Under the pieces are notes generated by a model that was given only the letters and a program-made list of their open reading frames with translations, searched no databases and was not told the DNA's origin. Both the position numbers and the translations under genes were made by a program. Shown here piece after piece: positions 51,001 to 63,165 of a DNA stretch of 64,000 nt (positions are counted from its first letter, which is position 1; each line of letters opens with the position of its first letter). This stretch comes from Amoebophrya sp. A120 (lineage: Eukaryota; Protista; Dinoflagellata): positions 3,869,420 through 3,933,419 of the forward strand of contig CAJINV010000008.1 in NCBI GenBank assembly GCA_905178155.1, given 5' to 3'.

Positions 51001-53995
51001 TGCTTCCAGTCTGGATTTGGATGCCGTTGATGCGCCGCAGCCGCGGGACGAGGACGACAGTGCCACTGGTGTTGATTATCCGGCACCTCCACCTCCTCCT
51101 CCACGACCCCTCCTCTTCGACACCGGCCGCATTCTAACTCGCAGCAATACTGGCGCGCCTTCGCCGCCACCCCCGGACGACGTGAAGCGCGCTTTCATGC
51201 GGGGAGGTCCGGCGGCGGCAATAGAAGGAGGTGTCCGGCCTGGTTGTAGTTCTTCGGATGATCTCGAAGCATCCCGCGCGGGAGGAACAACAAAAGCGAA
51301 CACCACGAAGGTGTTGCAACGTCGAGCCTCCGAGCGTTGGGCGGACATTCCGGTGGGAACAGGAGAGGATCAGCAAGACGATGAGGACGTCGAGCTGATG
51401 TGTGGTCTTTTCTCTACGGGAGATAGAACCCCGCCGCCGCCACCGGAGACCCCGCCGCCTGCGCTTGTCTACAGCAATAAAAAGCAGGATGATCTCGTCG
51501 TCGTCCCGCTGTCGCTGCGCCAGCACTCCTCTCGCACACTGCAGGCCTTGAACCTACACCTGGCGGAACCCCTCATGAAAAAAGCGAAGGCGCGACAAGA
51601 CAAGCTTTTACTATGAACTGCAAAAGTATCGTACTAGTATAAATCGCATGACAAATGGAATTTGTCATGCTGTTTCACCTTGGGATGAAGATTTGGAATG
51701 CATGACTGCGATTACTACGAGTGCGATACTTTTGCACAGGATATTTACTTGACACCAGCAATCCTGCAGCGAATCGGCCATTGGGTCCGGCGATGGTGGT
51801 ATCAAGAGCAAAAATCCCCCCGCCCCATATCAAAGCGGAAATCTGTGATGCAGATTTGTGGCCACAAATCAGCTTTGTGATGCTAGAAGGCAAAAGATGC
51901 GGACTGTAGTGCTATCTAGCGTGGGAAAGTGTTGCATCTCCAGCATGTTGACACGAGGCAACTGGAAGTGGGAAACAGCATGACAAATTGCCTGCAATTC
52001 AGGCCACAGCTGCGTCTCTTGGCCTTCTAGCAATACAAGTCGATTTGTGTACTCAAATACAGCATCACAAATTTCGTTTCCGATATGGGGAGGGGGGATT
52101 TTTCTTCTTGATAGGTGGACGTGGACGTGGGCATAAAGAAGACTTCTGACCTCCGGATGGAACAACATCAGCAAGTTGCCTTGGCCGATAGAAGTGGTCT
52201 TCAGGAAGTGGAAGGAGAAAATTTATCCGAGGTGGACGACGGTGCAGCATCAACATCATCTGGTGAACCGGGTTGGTTTCCCCTCGATTTCGACTGGAGA
52301 AAAGGGAAGACATCGAATTGGAAATCGCCACTGCGTTTGGGCTTGCTTGCGGATGATGAACGTACACGTCGTAGCTCCTTGTTGACTCAGATTCACGGCG
52401 AATTGGTAGAGGGTCCTTCATCCGTCCGTGATTCCCCCACAGCAACATTTTCCCCATCGTTCCCCATTCTCCGCCGCGAGGATCGGCAGTATACACCGCT
52501 GCGGCTCGGCGTCGGCAGCAAAGTACTGTCCGCTCTGGGCGTTGGGACAGTAGTCGCTGATAGAAAAAGTAGCCCATCAGCTTCTAGTACATCGAGTTCT
52601 TCGGGCGGCGCAATGAAGGAGGTGGAGCAGGGTGTAGAAGATGTTCAAAGTCAGCGTCAGCGAGGCAAACACGCAGAAAGGTTCGCAACTAGTACAACTG
52701 GTGCTGGTTGCACTACAACCGTGGCAGGCGTGTTGGAGGACGGCTGCAAGAACTCTAGCGCAGCTGCGCCTTCTTCTCCATCAACTACACAACGTGATCG
52801 TGAGGATGCGAAACAACTACAACATCACCTAGGAACGATATCAAAGATCAAGAAGCAGAAACGCCGAGCCCAGGAAATCAAGCCCGATGATCCCGAGGGC
52901 ACGCCGAAGCTGACGCCCAAAGGCATGCTGCGGCAGCTGAGCGAAGCGTGGATGCCCTCCGCCGGTTCCTCCGGTGCGGGAACGGAGTTGCATGATTTGG
53001 CGCAAGTACTATCGCACGAAAGTTTTCTCTCAGGCGACAAAGACAACTCTTCAGCGGACCACCTCCGGCAAAATTCATCAACGAAAGCGAAAGCAAACGG
53101 GACAAGTACTGGGCCGGGGCAGGATCAGCGAGTTGCACATCAGCAGGTTATTTCGCGTGACCCTGGTCATATTCCTGCCTACCACAAAACAAGAGGCGCC
53201 GGCTCTCGACATTTCCATCCCGAAGACTTGGATGTTGAGCTGCCTGAGGATGCAGAAGCAATGACTCCGGGTTTCAATGCTACGAAAATCACGGCTCGCA
53301 TGAATTCTGTCGGAAAAACTGATGTTGACCTGCTTAACGACGGTTTTATGCTACCCGAACAGGCAACCCCTCCACCAACAGCAGCGACGATCGAAGCAGG
53401 CCGCTCTATCTTCGATCCGCTGCCGCTCAGGGCAAGGACACCCTCGGGCGAAACGATTGTTCTTTCTGCCGCTTTGGAAAGTGTTGTCTCCTCGTCTTTC
53501 ATCGGTGGTCCAGGATCTTCAGCATCTGCTTCTGAGCAGGTGCAGCTTGAAAGGAAAAAGGATGGCCAGATGCAAACAAGAACCAATAGCAAGAAAGCGA
53601 AATCCACATGGTCCAAAAACAAAAGGGAAAGGTTTCTGTCAAGTGCGTCATCTTCTGGCGCTGGAGGTGCACCCACCATGGGAGCAGCTGGCAGTACAAC
53701 GACGAATGGCGCGCATCAACATCGCGAACAACGAGATGAGGAGGCAGGTGGCGCAAAGACTCCAACTTCCAATTACACGACGTCCACGGAACGCGTGCGG
53801 AGGCCGCTGATGCCCCAACGTCGCAAGGGGTTCTGGGCCGATTCCTTGGCGCATGAGACTGGCAGCGGCGATGGGGGAAGCGACACGGACTGCTGTCCAA
53901 ACGGGTTTGAGGAACTTTCCGGGTACACGTGCGTAGCTGCGGGCGGGTCGAACGCAGCTGATCCACGGTACTACAGCCAAACAAATCTAGATTGA
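48041..53995 (+). CDS. Large low-complexity protein with N-terminal hydrophobic segment, coiled-coil-like stretch and CCCH-like zinc-finger motif; exons 48041-51611, 51749-51799, 52119 onward
   Basis: Motif NPGSAGHPYACFGDGCKYF..GCKDGDRCTRCHICCW at 50597-50743. Two introner removals fuse ORFs 48005, 51721 and 52115 (KLLL|DTSNP..AMV|DVDVG). Confidence 0.82.
51612..51743. mobile_element. Introner family A
   Basis: TATGAACTGCAAAAGTATCG ... CGATACTTTTGCACAGGATA. TTTAC duplication at 51607-51611 and 51744-51748. Removing 137 nt restores the frame. Confidence 0.9.
51800..52113. mobile_element. Introner family E
   Basis: TATCAAGAGCAAAAATCCCCCCGCCCCATATC ... GATATGGGGAGGGGGGATTTTTCTTCTTGATA. GGTGG duplication. 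Precise GT-AG excision is possible (51796-52114). Confidence 0.9.
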
Positions 53996-54575
53996 CGCAC
54001 CAGAATTTGTTTTAACGCGCTTCAGTGCCTGGCTGTTGCTTGTTCTTGCGCGGCCGTTCTTCATTCTCCCCGATGGCGATGGTCGGAAACGAGAGCTGCG
54101 AGCAGCAGGCCTAGCCTAGCATTTTCATTTTGATTTTCGTGTGGCCACTTGAAATTGGCATACTATGTATTTCGACGAAGTCCCTGCGCCTGCTTGTCCT
54201 TCTTGTTCGGAAAATGTGATCCGTTTCCCCCCCGAGATTGATAATGATTATTTAGGCATTTCAACATTTTCTGAAAATGAAGCAACCCGCCTTTGACAGG
54301 TTTGAATTTGAGTTTCTATTTCAATTTCACAATCAAACAGCGCTCCTGCTTCGAGTCACCAGATTGGGGATCGTGGTGTGTGCACCGAGCAGCAGGCTGG
54401 CGGTGACCTTGTGGGCTCGGATTCCAGACAGTATCTCATTGATTTACATCTAGCACCGGTTCGTGGAAATATTTACTCGCTCTGTGCGTAGTTGTATGCA
54501 ATAGATTTTCGTTTATCTTCTATTTACCATGAAATCGTGATTATCATTATCGTCCTCAACGCACACTCACTGCAG

Positions 54576-55850
54576 GGCGACCCCTCTCCTATTTACCCGG
54601 CGGGAGTATACCCCTGTGGGCCCCTCTACGTTCAGCGTGGCTCCTCGCAGCGATCAAGAACCGCAAGATCAACTCCAGTGGCCGGAGGAAAAAAAGCAGC
54701 AATCTGTCGAAAACTTGCCCTACTCCACGGAAGACGACGTCAGAACGGAGCCGGAAGTGGTGGAGCTGCTAGTACCTGCTGGTGCTGACGACCAGGCGAC
54801 AGACTTTTTGAGCCCAGCGGCGTTTGAAAGTTTTAATTTCCCGGGAGCAGAGGCGGTAAATGCAATCGGTATCCACAGTAGGTCAGAACTCGTTTATTGG
54901 ACCTTCACCGCATGGGACGGACTAGAAACGCAGAGGCTGGCTCTGCATGATATAAAGAAAGTGATGCCTAGTACTTACCGTCCCCATCAAGCACGACCAG
55001 GACTACAGCGATGCGCGACAACTTCCTGGATTTTTGATTTGCATTCTTTTGCTATTTTGTACTACGTCGTGTCCTCGTCCTGGTGTAGTGGTCCAGGAAC
55101 TAGAACTATTTGTGTTCTACTTGCATAATCGCCCGCGCCACTGCTGAGGCCGCATCCGACGTGGAGGACGTGCGTGACTTCGAGCAAGACGTTCTTGCGA
55201 CGGACGTCCTCAGTGAGGAGTTCCAGAAAAAGTTGCATCTGAAGGGAAGGAGTTCTTCCTTTTCCTCCTCCGGCGCTTCTCCACGTGCTGACGATTCAAG
55301 TGAGCCCCGTCTTGGTACACAGCAAGCAGTACAACTAGAAGATCCTGCTGCTCGCCCAGTAGATCATGTTCTTGACCGATCCCAACCAGCGGATCACCGC
55401 GGTGCTGCTCCTGTTGCTACTTCTAATACTATTCCAATTGCGGCCTCGCACCCCTTCAAGACGAGACACCAGCACATAAGTTCTTCTCAGCAGCCAAGTA
55501 GGAGCCGCACTTCCAGCTTCGGGACAGCAACCAGTAACACAGACCCGACGTTTTTATTGAGTAGCAGCAGCCCCATGAAACACGTGGCCACCTGGGACTC
55601 GTTCAACCCCGAATTGAGCGAGGACGACATGTTTGCAACACACTCGCAGTCGCAACCGCAAGTAGAATCGCGTCATCATGAACATCATCTTCCAAGCAGT
55701 AGCAGCGCCACAAGAACTACTAGCGTGCTAAAAACGTCGGCTAGAAGTAGCGCTAGTAGCAACATGCCTGGTGAGTTACTAGTGTCCTCGGAAGCAATGC
55801 AAGGTCGTGTCAGTTTCCATCCGACTTACGACAGCTTGGGCCATATCTAA
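54576..55850 (+). CDS. Probable downstream exons of the 48041 gene, or a separate hypothetical gene
   Basis: GT at 53968 and TGCAG at 54575 join ORF 52115 to ORF 54616 in frame. GT at 54856 is phase-compatible with ORF 55110. Confidence 0.45.
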
Positions 55851-56842
55851 AAACGCATCACCGCGCACAGAAATAACCTGCGATTTCGATTTTGTTTTCG
55901 CAGTCGCGAGGTATGAAAAAATTTGAATGAGTGAGAAGCTCACGCACTTACCTTTCATAGTTCCCGATCTTCTTCTTCATGTCCAGCAGGTCAGCATCTT
56001 GCTTCGTACTTCATTGCTCAGCTCTTTCATCCTTTGAAGATGAAACAAGGTCGGGGGCGAGCCCAAATAAAAAACAACTTTCCTATGCAACCCACGAACA
56101 TGATCAAGAAAGACAAATACAAACGTAAAAAAAAAAAGGCGAAAAATATCTTTCGCCTAGAGATTCAGAACAAGAAGAATAACCTCCAACACGGCCGCGC
56201 TGTGCAAATTTCACTTTCAGTACTAGTCTTCACAAAGCACCGTGACTGCCTCTGCCGTTGTTTTGCTAATCGTCATTGCAGCGTCAGGAGTCATGGTGCT
56301 ACTCGTCGTAAATCATCATCTCGTCATACTTCTATAACAGATACAGAACTTCTCGGACGACCGAGGAGGATTTGCATCAAGAACAACAGCCTTTCAAACG
56401 GTTCCATGTGACCAACCTCAACAAACAAACACAAGAGCTGCTGGCTACAACTACAACATACGAGAACTAACAGGACATCAAGCGTAAATATCTATGTATG
56501 AGGAGGACCTACTAATTGCACTACTACTGGACGGGGCGGGCTCTGTTGTAACGCCGTTGCTTGCAGCAGCTCCGCCAGCCGCAAATTGGTTGGCGACGCA
56601 ATGGAACTACCAACGAACCTATGGTGATGGCCGCGATCGTTGTTTGGCTAGTACGATTACAGTAGTCAAGATCCCCCATCAGACCTTGATGCTCGACGTG
56701 TATGATTTATCATCTCGAAATATTTTTTAGGAATATTAAGCGTAACCACCGTTCACCGCGGTGCAGCATCTTTCTTCTTCGCATCCTACCAGCAGGCACC
56801 TCTAAAACTTGATGGTGCTCACCTTATTTTTAAGCTCTATTC

Positions 56843-58155
56843 TTGATTTTTGATTTTGAGCCGCTACCAGAGCTCCGGCTCAGGTGGCGCAGGCAGGAAG
56901 GGCAAGAAGAGGAGTCTTGCTTAGGACCTGGCATTTCTATGGCGCCTGTTCTGACGCAAGGAAGGGCAAGCAGAGGCGGCTTGTTTTGGACCTTGTGGCT
57001 ATGCGGAGGTTGGCCGAAGCACTACGGAGGCGGTAGTAGTGCCTCGCTCTGAAGCCAGGGGTGATTGAGGGTCTCGGCCCGCTTTCCCTCGGGCAACTCC
57101 CCGGGTCTGTTGGTTCACCACTAAAACGGGCGGCGTTTCTTCAGATCTTGGTGGCGACCGGTTGAAACACTGGTCGCCAGCTACTTACAAGCAGGAACAT
57201 AGAAAGTACGTTAGACAGTTACTCGCTCGCCTAAAGAAGCGAGCACCCGATTGATTTTTGATTTTGACAGGAAGGGAGAGCAGAGGAGACAGGAAGGGAG
57301 ACGGTGATGTTGACAGGAAGGGAGAGCAGAGCAGAGGAGACGGTGATGTTGACAGGAAGGGAGAGCAGAGGAGGCTCTCTTAGGACCTGCCAGATTTGTG
57401 GATCCTGTTGGACACGAGGAAGGGCAAGCAGAGGCGGCTTGTTTTGGACCTCGTGGCTGCGCGGAGGTTGGTAGGACTAGCACGGAAGAGGAGGTAGTGC
57501 TAGTCCCGCCTGAAGCCAAGGACTAAGAGCATCCCGGTGCAATTTTTCTGAGGCAACTCCACAGTCTTGGCTGTTCGACATCAAAGCGGGTGTTTTTTAG
57601 TCAAGTTCTGGTGGCAAATAATTGTTGAAACACAGCTTGCCTGCCACTTACTCTCAGGAACTCAATTAGCACGTACAACAGTCACTCGCTCGCCTAAAGA
57701 AGCGAGCACACAGTTGATTTTTGATTTTGAAGGAGCGTTTGCGTTTGCGTACCACTACCAGAGCCTCGGCTCAGGTAGTGTAGGCAGGAAGGGCTAGAAG
57801 AGGAGTCTAGCTTAGGACCTGCCATTTCTATGGCGCCTGTTCTGACGCAAGGAAGGACAAGCAGAGGCGGCTTGTTTTGGACCTTGTGGTTGGGCGGAGG
57901 CTGACGGGAGCATTACGGATGAGGTGGTAGTTTTGCTCCAGTCTGAAACCAGGGCTGAGGAAAGGCTTCGGCAGTTCTTCTCCCAGGCAACTCCCCGAGC
58001 TTGGCCGTTCACTACTAAAACGGGCGGTGTTTCGTCAGGCTCCGGTGGCGACTGGTTGAGACACTAGTTGCCAGCTATTTACAAACAGGAACATAGTTAG
58101 TACTGCAGACAGTTACTCGCTCGCCTGAAGAAGCGAGCACACAATTGATTTTGAA
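56843..58155. repeat. Three diverged tandem ~410-460 bp units
   Basis: Units start TTGATTTTTGATTTTGA at 56843, 57251 and 57714 (partial at 58145). Shared AAGCAGAGGCGGCTTGTTTTGGACC and ACAGT(T/C)ACTCGCTCGCCT(A/G)AAGAAGCGAGCAC. Confidence 0.88.
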
Positions 58156-60719
58156 GGAGCAGTAGTTGCTGCAGGACCTATTTAGTAGCTTCTCGTTCTT
58201 GTCCACGGAGCTTGCTAGTTCCTAGTAGGTCTCTGAAGGTGGAACCCAAAGACAACATAAATGTGTGTGAAGTGAAATACTTAGATTTAGAAAAGAAAAA
58301 GCACGCATGACAGAGCAGCAGAAAGAAAATATATATTTGTATACTTCCCTCACGGTGAAGATTTTCTCAACTCAAACGCTTCGACTCTTGAAAGAGTCAC
58401 AACTTTATTTCCTGCGAATTGCGCTGCTGTATTTTCATTTACATTGGTTTAGATGATCTCTCTGCACGGTCACCTGAAAGAAGATATTCTGGACAACAAA
58501 AGCTTTATTTATTTATCGGAAGTAGAAGACTTAGACATCTTTCTCGTCGACATCGTTCACGTTCATCTCGCCAAGCGGTACCCGTACCTCATCGTCCGTG
58601 AATAAATTTGCCTGCTGCAGTTGCACGCCAATATTTTATTCAATTTTTGCTTTTCTTCTACACGCTATTTACCAGCTGCGGATTCTACTGGTAGCATGTA
58701 GATGCTGATGTGCCGCACAGGGAGCATGTAAGTAACTGCCACCAAAACTTGCCATACAGAATAAATCTTCGTACGGCGCATAGTAAAAAAGAACGGTGTT
58801 TGTTTCATCTGTGAAAAGTGTAATCTAAGTAAAGATTTGTTTCCGTCCCTCGACGTCACGCACTGGGATATCTTTACAGCAAGCAACGCCGGCGAACGTC
58901 CTTTCTGATTTTTTAAATTCGGCTGCATCGTCTTCGTCGTCCGTCGCACCATTGAAGTGCTGTCGTGGCGCTGGCTGCACGACGACCAGATGACGTTGTA
59001 AGTAGTTGTAGTTTTCCTCATTTCCGTCCCACAAGCGGCGCTGGATAAAAAATACAAGCATCGTTCTTTCTTATTTGCTGAGATGCAGGTGCTGTGATGA
59101 TCAACAAGTAGTATTCGCTACATCACACCTATTTTCAAAAAGTCATCAATATTCAATATTGAGAACTGCAGCAAGGACATGTGCAAATTTTTATCGGACG
59201 CAAATTTCAACAAAAATTGAAAAAAAATAAAATTGCTCATAACTAAAAACCAGGATCGTTATTTTTTTATAAAATCTGGCATTGTCATTGTGTGTCATGG
59301 GTCATCGTAATTTTCAGGGCTCGTCCCGTATTTACCCGCCCACACCGGACGGTGGCCCGCTTGATTGATATTCTCTGCAAATAAATTACTGCGAATTATA
59401 AATTGCTTGATATAACTCCTGTTAATGTATGAGTAGAAGCACGGGCCAACTCAATGACCATGAATTCGAGAACATTTGAAGCAGAAGCTCGTTGTGACAC
59501 GAAAAAAAAAAGTTGGGAATCAGATGAACCTCCAGGCTTTCTACTTATTGAGTAGAGTGCTAGTCTACTCACTTTTGAGCTGCAGTTGGTATCTCGCCGT
59601 GTTGTGCCTGTGCCCCTGCCCGCTTTCTGTTTTTGCTGCTGTTCTTCATCAGGATTTTCCTTTTTGATCAGGGTGAAGATCTTGCCAAAAGCAAATCTGT
59701 AGTGCGATGATGTGGTCAACCCCATCAACCTCGAAAAATGTTCCAGATCCGGTATTTGTTGATGATGTTCTTGCAGCAGCGTTTTTGCAGTTTACTCTTT
59801 GGCAGCAGTGTTTTCGCTGTTTGGAACAGTTTTCGCAGATCGAGATCATGAAGATCACACCTCCTGCTATTCGGACCAGTCTGTGATTTGATTGCACAGT
59901 AAAGCAGAAGGACATGTCTGCCGTAGTACAACGGCGCTCTTCTTGGTGATGCCATATTAATCGTTGAGACAGATGCATAGCACATGCCGTGTTTCGACGA
60001 AGCGTCGAAGTCGAAGATAAGAAAGTAAGTGATGCACCACAATTTTCTTTTTCCCCGCAGCTGGGTACTGGTAGCGGTACGTAAATCGACATCTTCATCA
60101 TTTTTGTCCACGACCACCAGATAGCTCTTGCGAGGTGACAAATTCCAATAAAAAAAGCAGCGGCGATGAATGTTAGAGTTACTAGAGTTGTTCTTCTTTC
60201 TGCAAAGACAAGACGACTTTTCTAATACTTCAATCGCACTGTAGTAAATTCTTTCTGGGATTATGCTGTCGTAAAAGACATGTAACGCCAGAAGAACGAA
60301 AAGCGTTTTCTTATTCACCGAATATTGCTCCTGTATTTTAGCGTTGATCGTTGGTCCGTTGTATCTATTATATGCGAGATCAGGATCACAACTTTCGCTT
60401 ATGAAAATTCTGTTATGGCATGTTCGATTCGTGCGTTCATAGTGTGCCTTATGTGACCCGTGGTCTATGTACACTTATTTGATGCGAAACTCGTTCTAAC
60501 TTAACGCTAGCACCAATATCGATTGGATTGTCATGTTGGATGAGAACGAGAACACATCCCAATATCATTTCGTAGCCTGACGCTCTTTTCTCACTCGACT
60601 AAGAACTTATTGCATCGACGTACTCAAGCTCAATGCTTTTGACGCCGAGCTTCCATCAACGTCCCCATCTTCAAGAAAAATACTTACTTACCTACTTTGC
60701 AATTCAGATATTCAAGAAA

Positions 60720-62945
60720 CAGAACGGTACGCGCTGAGGCCTAGAATTATTCGTAGTAGCATCGTGATTGGGGTCAAACCTTGCGCATATACCCGGGCGC
60801 GGTACCCTCGTGAAGCGCCTTTTTTTACGCTGGTCAAACATAGCGAATTCATTGGCATACGCGCGTCACACCATGTGGGTTCGCAGTTTGGGCGAGACGG
60901 GTTTTCTTGCTCTCTCTTTGTTGTTCTTCTCCTTTTTCCAGGATCCCGGAACTTTCGCCGTCCGAGATTTCCCGGGAACTTGTGCAACTCGTGCAACTTT
61001 TGCACGTTTTTGCTGCGAATCACGATGGTGCGGCCGAGTTGCGCGGCGAGTTGCACGGTGCAACTCGCCGCGCAACTTTCACAACATTCCGCGCCGAACC
61101 AGGACGGTATGGGCCTTCCGAGATGTCCCGGAAACCTGTGCAACTCGTGCAACTTTTGCACGTTTTGCCTTGCGAATCACGATGGTATGGCCCGAGTTGC
61201 ACGGCAAGTTGCACGGTGCAACTCGCCGCGCAACTATCCCAACACTTTGTGCCGAACCAGGGTGGTATGGGCCGTGTTTCGATTCGATTTGTGCTACTCG
61301 CGCAACTTCGGCAGTTTTGTATGTTGTGCGAACCATGGCGCGCCCGGTTTGCCAACTTCCACGCGGGACCACGCTGGCGCATGTGGGCAGTATTTCCGGC
61401 GTGCCCACGCTGCTGCGCGTTGGCGCATGTGCGGGCGGTGTCCATGTTGGCGCGCGGCGGCGCATTTTGGCGCCTTGTCGCGCCGACGCTGGTCGTGTGC
61501 TTGGCAGTGTCTTCCCTTCCCGCCTTCGCTGGTGGTTTTGTGGTTGGGCTGGTTTGGTTGTGGTTGTCAATACGCGGCTAGGTGGGTTTGTTTGTGTGGT
61601 TGTCAATACGCCAGAACGACAACCTCCTACGCCAAGCTCTTCACGTGGCGTCAACAACAGGCGCGGGTCAAATCCAAACCCCACCCGAAACAAGCAAATC
61701 CAAACCCCACCCGAAACAAGACAAACCCTGTACTTGAAATCGTATGGCGTATTGACAACCAACGAACAGTATATGCCGTATTCCACGAACACAAAAGTCA
61801 AGCGGTCTTCCTAACCAACACGCACACTGACTAGTCACAGCCCATTGCGGCTGTTGCCCCTAATTCTTGCAGAGGCACCCCGCTCGCGCAGGCCGCCCCT
61901 GCCGATCACCTCGGCACGCCCGGGCAGCACTTCCACGTCGGCGGCCGCACACAGCGCGTCAGCGTGCCCAACTCTGTGCCCGCCGTCCCACGTCACCGTC
62001 GCCCTGTGTTCAGGCGTTATTCGCGGGCCTGTGCGTACGTCTGCCCTGCTCCAGCCGCTTACTTGTGGTTGACCCCGCGCAGAAGCCTACGCGGCACTAC
62101 TGGCTCACTTCGGCCGCGTCTTTGCGGTTGACCCCACGCAGAGGCCTAGACGGCGCTACTGGTTCACTTCAGCCGCACGGGCCCCATGAATGTGTTGCCG
62201 CTTGGGACGGAAGGACACCAGGGCGAGCTCCCTGCCTGCGGCAGCGGGGCCGACTGCGCGGCGGGCCCCCGCTGCGTTTCCCCTGTTGCGGGCGCGGAGC
62301 GATGTACGCGACAGGAGCCCTCCTTGCATGCGAGTGGGAAAGGAAGGCGGGGGACCCCGAACAAGACGGGGGCCCCCCGCGAGCAGGTGAAAAAGGTGGG
62401 GGGGCCCCCTTGGGCACCGCTGGTACAGGCCGGGGGCCCCCCGCGAGCAGTTGAAAAATGTGGGGGGGCCCCTTGGGTGCCCCCGGCCTCCAAAGGTGGA
62501 GGCCGGGGGCCCCCTGCGGGCGGGAGGGATCTACCGCGGAGAAGGACGGGGCCCCCCCCGGCCTCCGGCGGGCGGCCCGGCCGGGAGAAGGGCGGGGGTC
62601 CCCTGCGGAGGCGGACGCGCGGGGGCCCCCTGCGGGCGCGGGATGCCCAGCGGGTGGTAAGGCGGGAGGCGGGGGCCCCCTGTTTCACCAGGCAGGCGGC
62701 CCGGGAGAAGGGCGGGGGCCCCCTGTGGAGGCGGAAGGGCGGGGGCCCCCTGCGGACGCGGGATACGCAGCGGGTGAGGTGGAGGCGGAAGCGCGGGGGC
62801 CCCCTGCGGAGGCGGGATGCCCAGCGGGCGAGAGGGCGGGAGGCGGGGGCCCCCTGCTTTCCCCGATGGTATGCGCGACACAAAAATAATAACCCTCATC
62901 GTAGCATCGTGATTAATAATCTAGGCCTCAGCACGTGCCGGTCTC
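60720..62945. mobile_element. Tiny hAT-like MITE (8-bp TSD) split by a nested 2.1-kb insertion
   Basis: TIR CAGAACGGTACGCGCTGAGGCCTAGAATTATT / AATAATCTAGGCCTCAGCACGTGCCGGTCTC. TCAAGAAA at 60712-60719 and 62946-62953. Confidence 0.75.
60770..62900. mobile_element. Nested GC-rich non-coding element with 14-bp flanking duplication
   Basis: GTAGCATCGTGATT at 60756-60769 and 62901-62914. Internal ~157-bp tandem duplication rich in TGCAACT / AGTTGCA (60970-61270) and a GGGGGCCCCC palindrome array (62350-62860). Confidence 0.72.
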
Positions 62946-63165
62946 TCAAGAAATTATTATTATTACTAATTGCAGATACAGATAATTCTTACTCATGAAT
63001 AAAATTGCAAGCTCAACATAAATTTTCTCATCATGTGCAGCTAGCATACACACAGAGTGCCAGTGCGCCAGATTCTATCCAAGAAGAAACACGAACACTA
63101 CATCTTCTATCTTCATCACCCAGATCTTCATCGTGGCGATTGTCGAAGAACAGGACGGGAGCCAC

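Noticed and set aside
1393-52118. Codon-phase bias of introner insertion (6 of 11 TSDs start at codon position 1)
   Set aside because: Sample too small to distinguish from chance.
56875-56890. GGCTCAG-GT resembling the end of the dinoflagellate spliced leader
   Set aside because: Lacks CCGTAGCCATTTTGGCTCAAG. The match is too short and is absent from unit 2.
57236-57246. Minus-strand GTGCTCGCTTC matching the 5' end of metazoan U6 snRNA
   Set aside because: No ACAGAGA box or other U6 core follows. The match is one arm of a local hairpin.
59396-60474. Minus-strand 249-aa ORF and neighbours
   Set aside because: Non-ATG start, no recognisable domain, no convincing splice structure. It could be a decayed gene but is unsupported.
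60764-62998. ORFs of 195-356 aa inside the nested element
   Set aside because: Open in several frames because of GC-rich repeats. No RT, integrase, transposase or Rep motifs.
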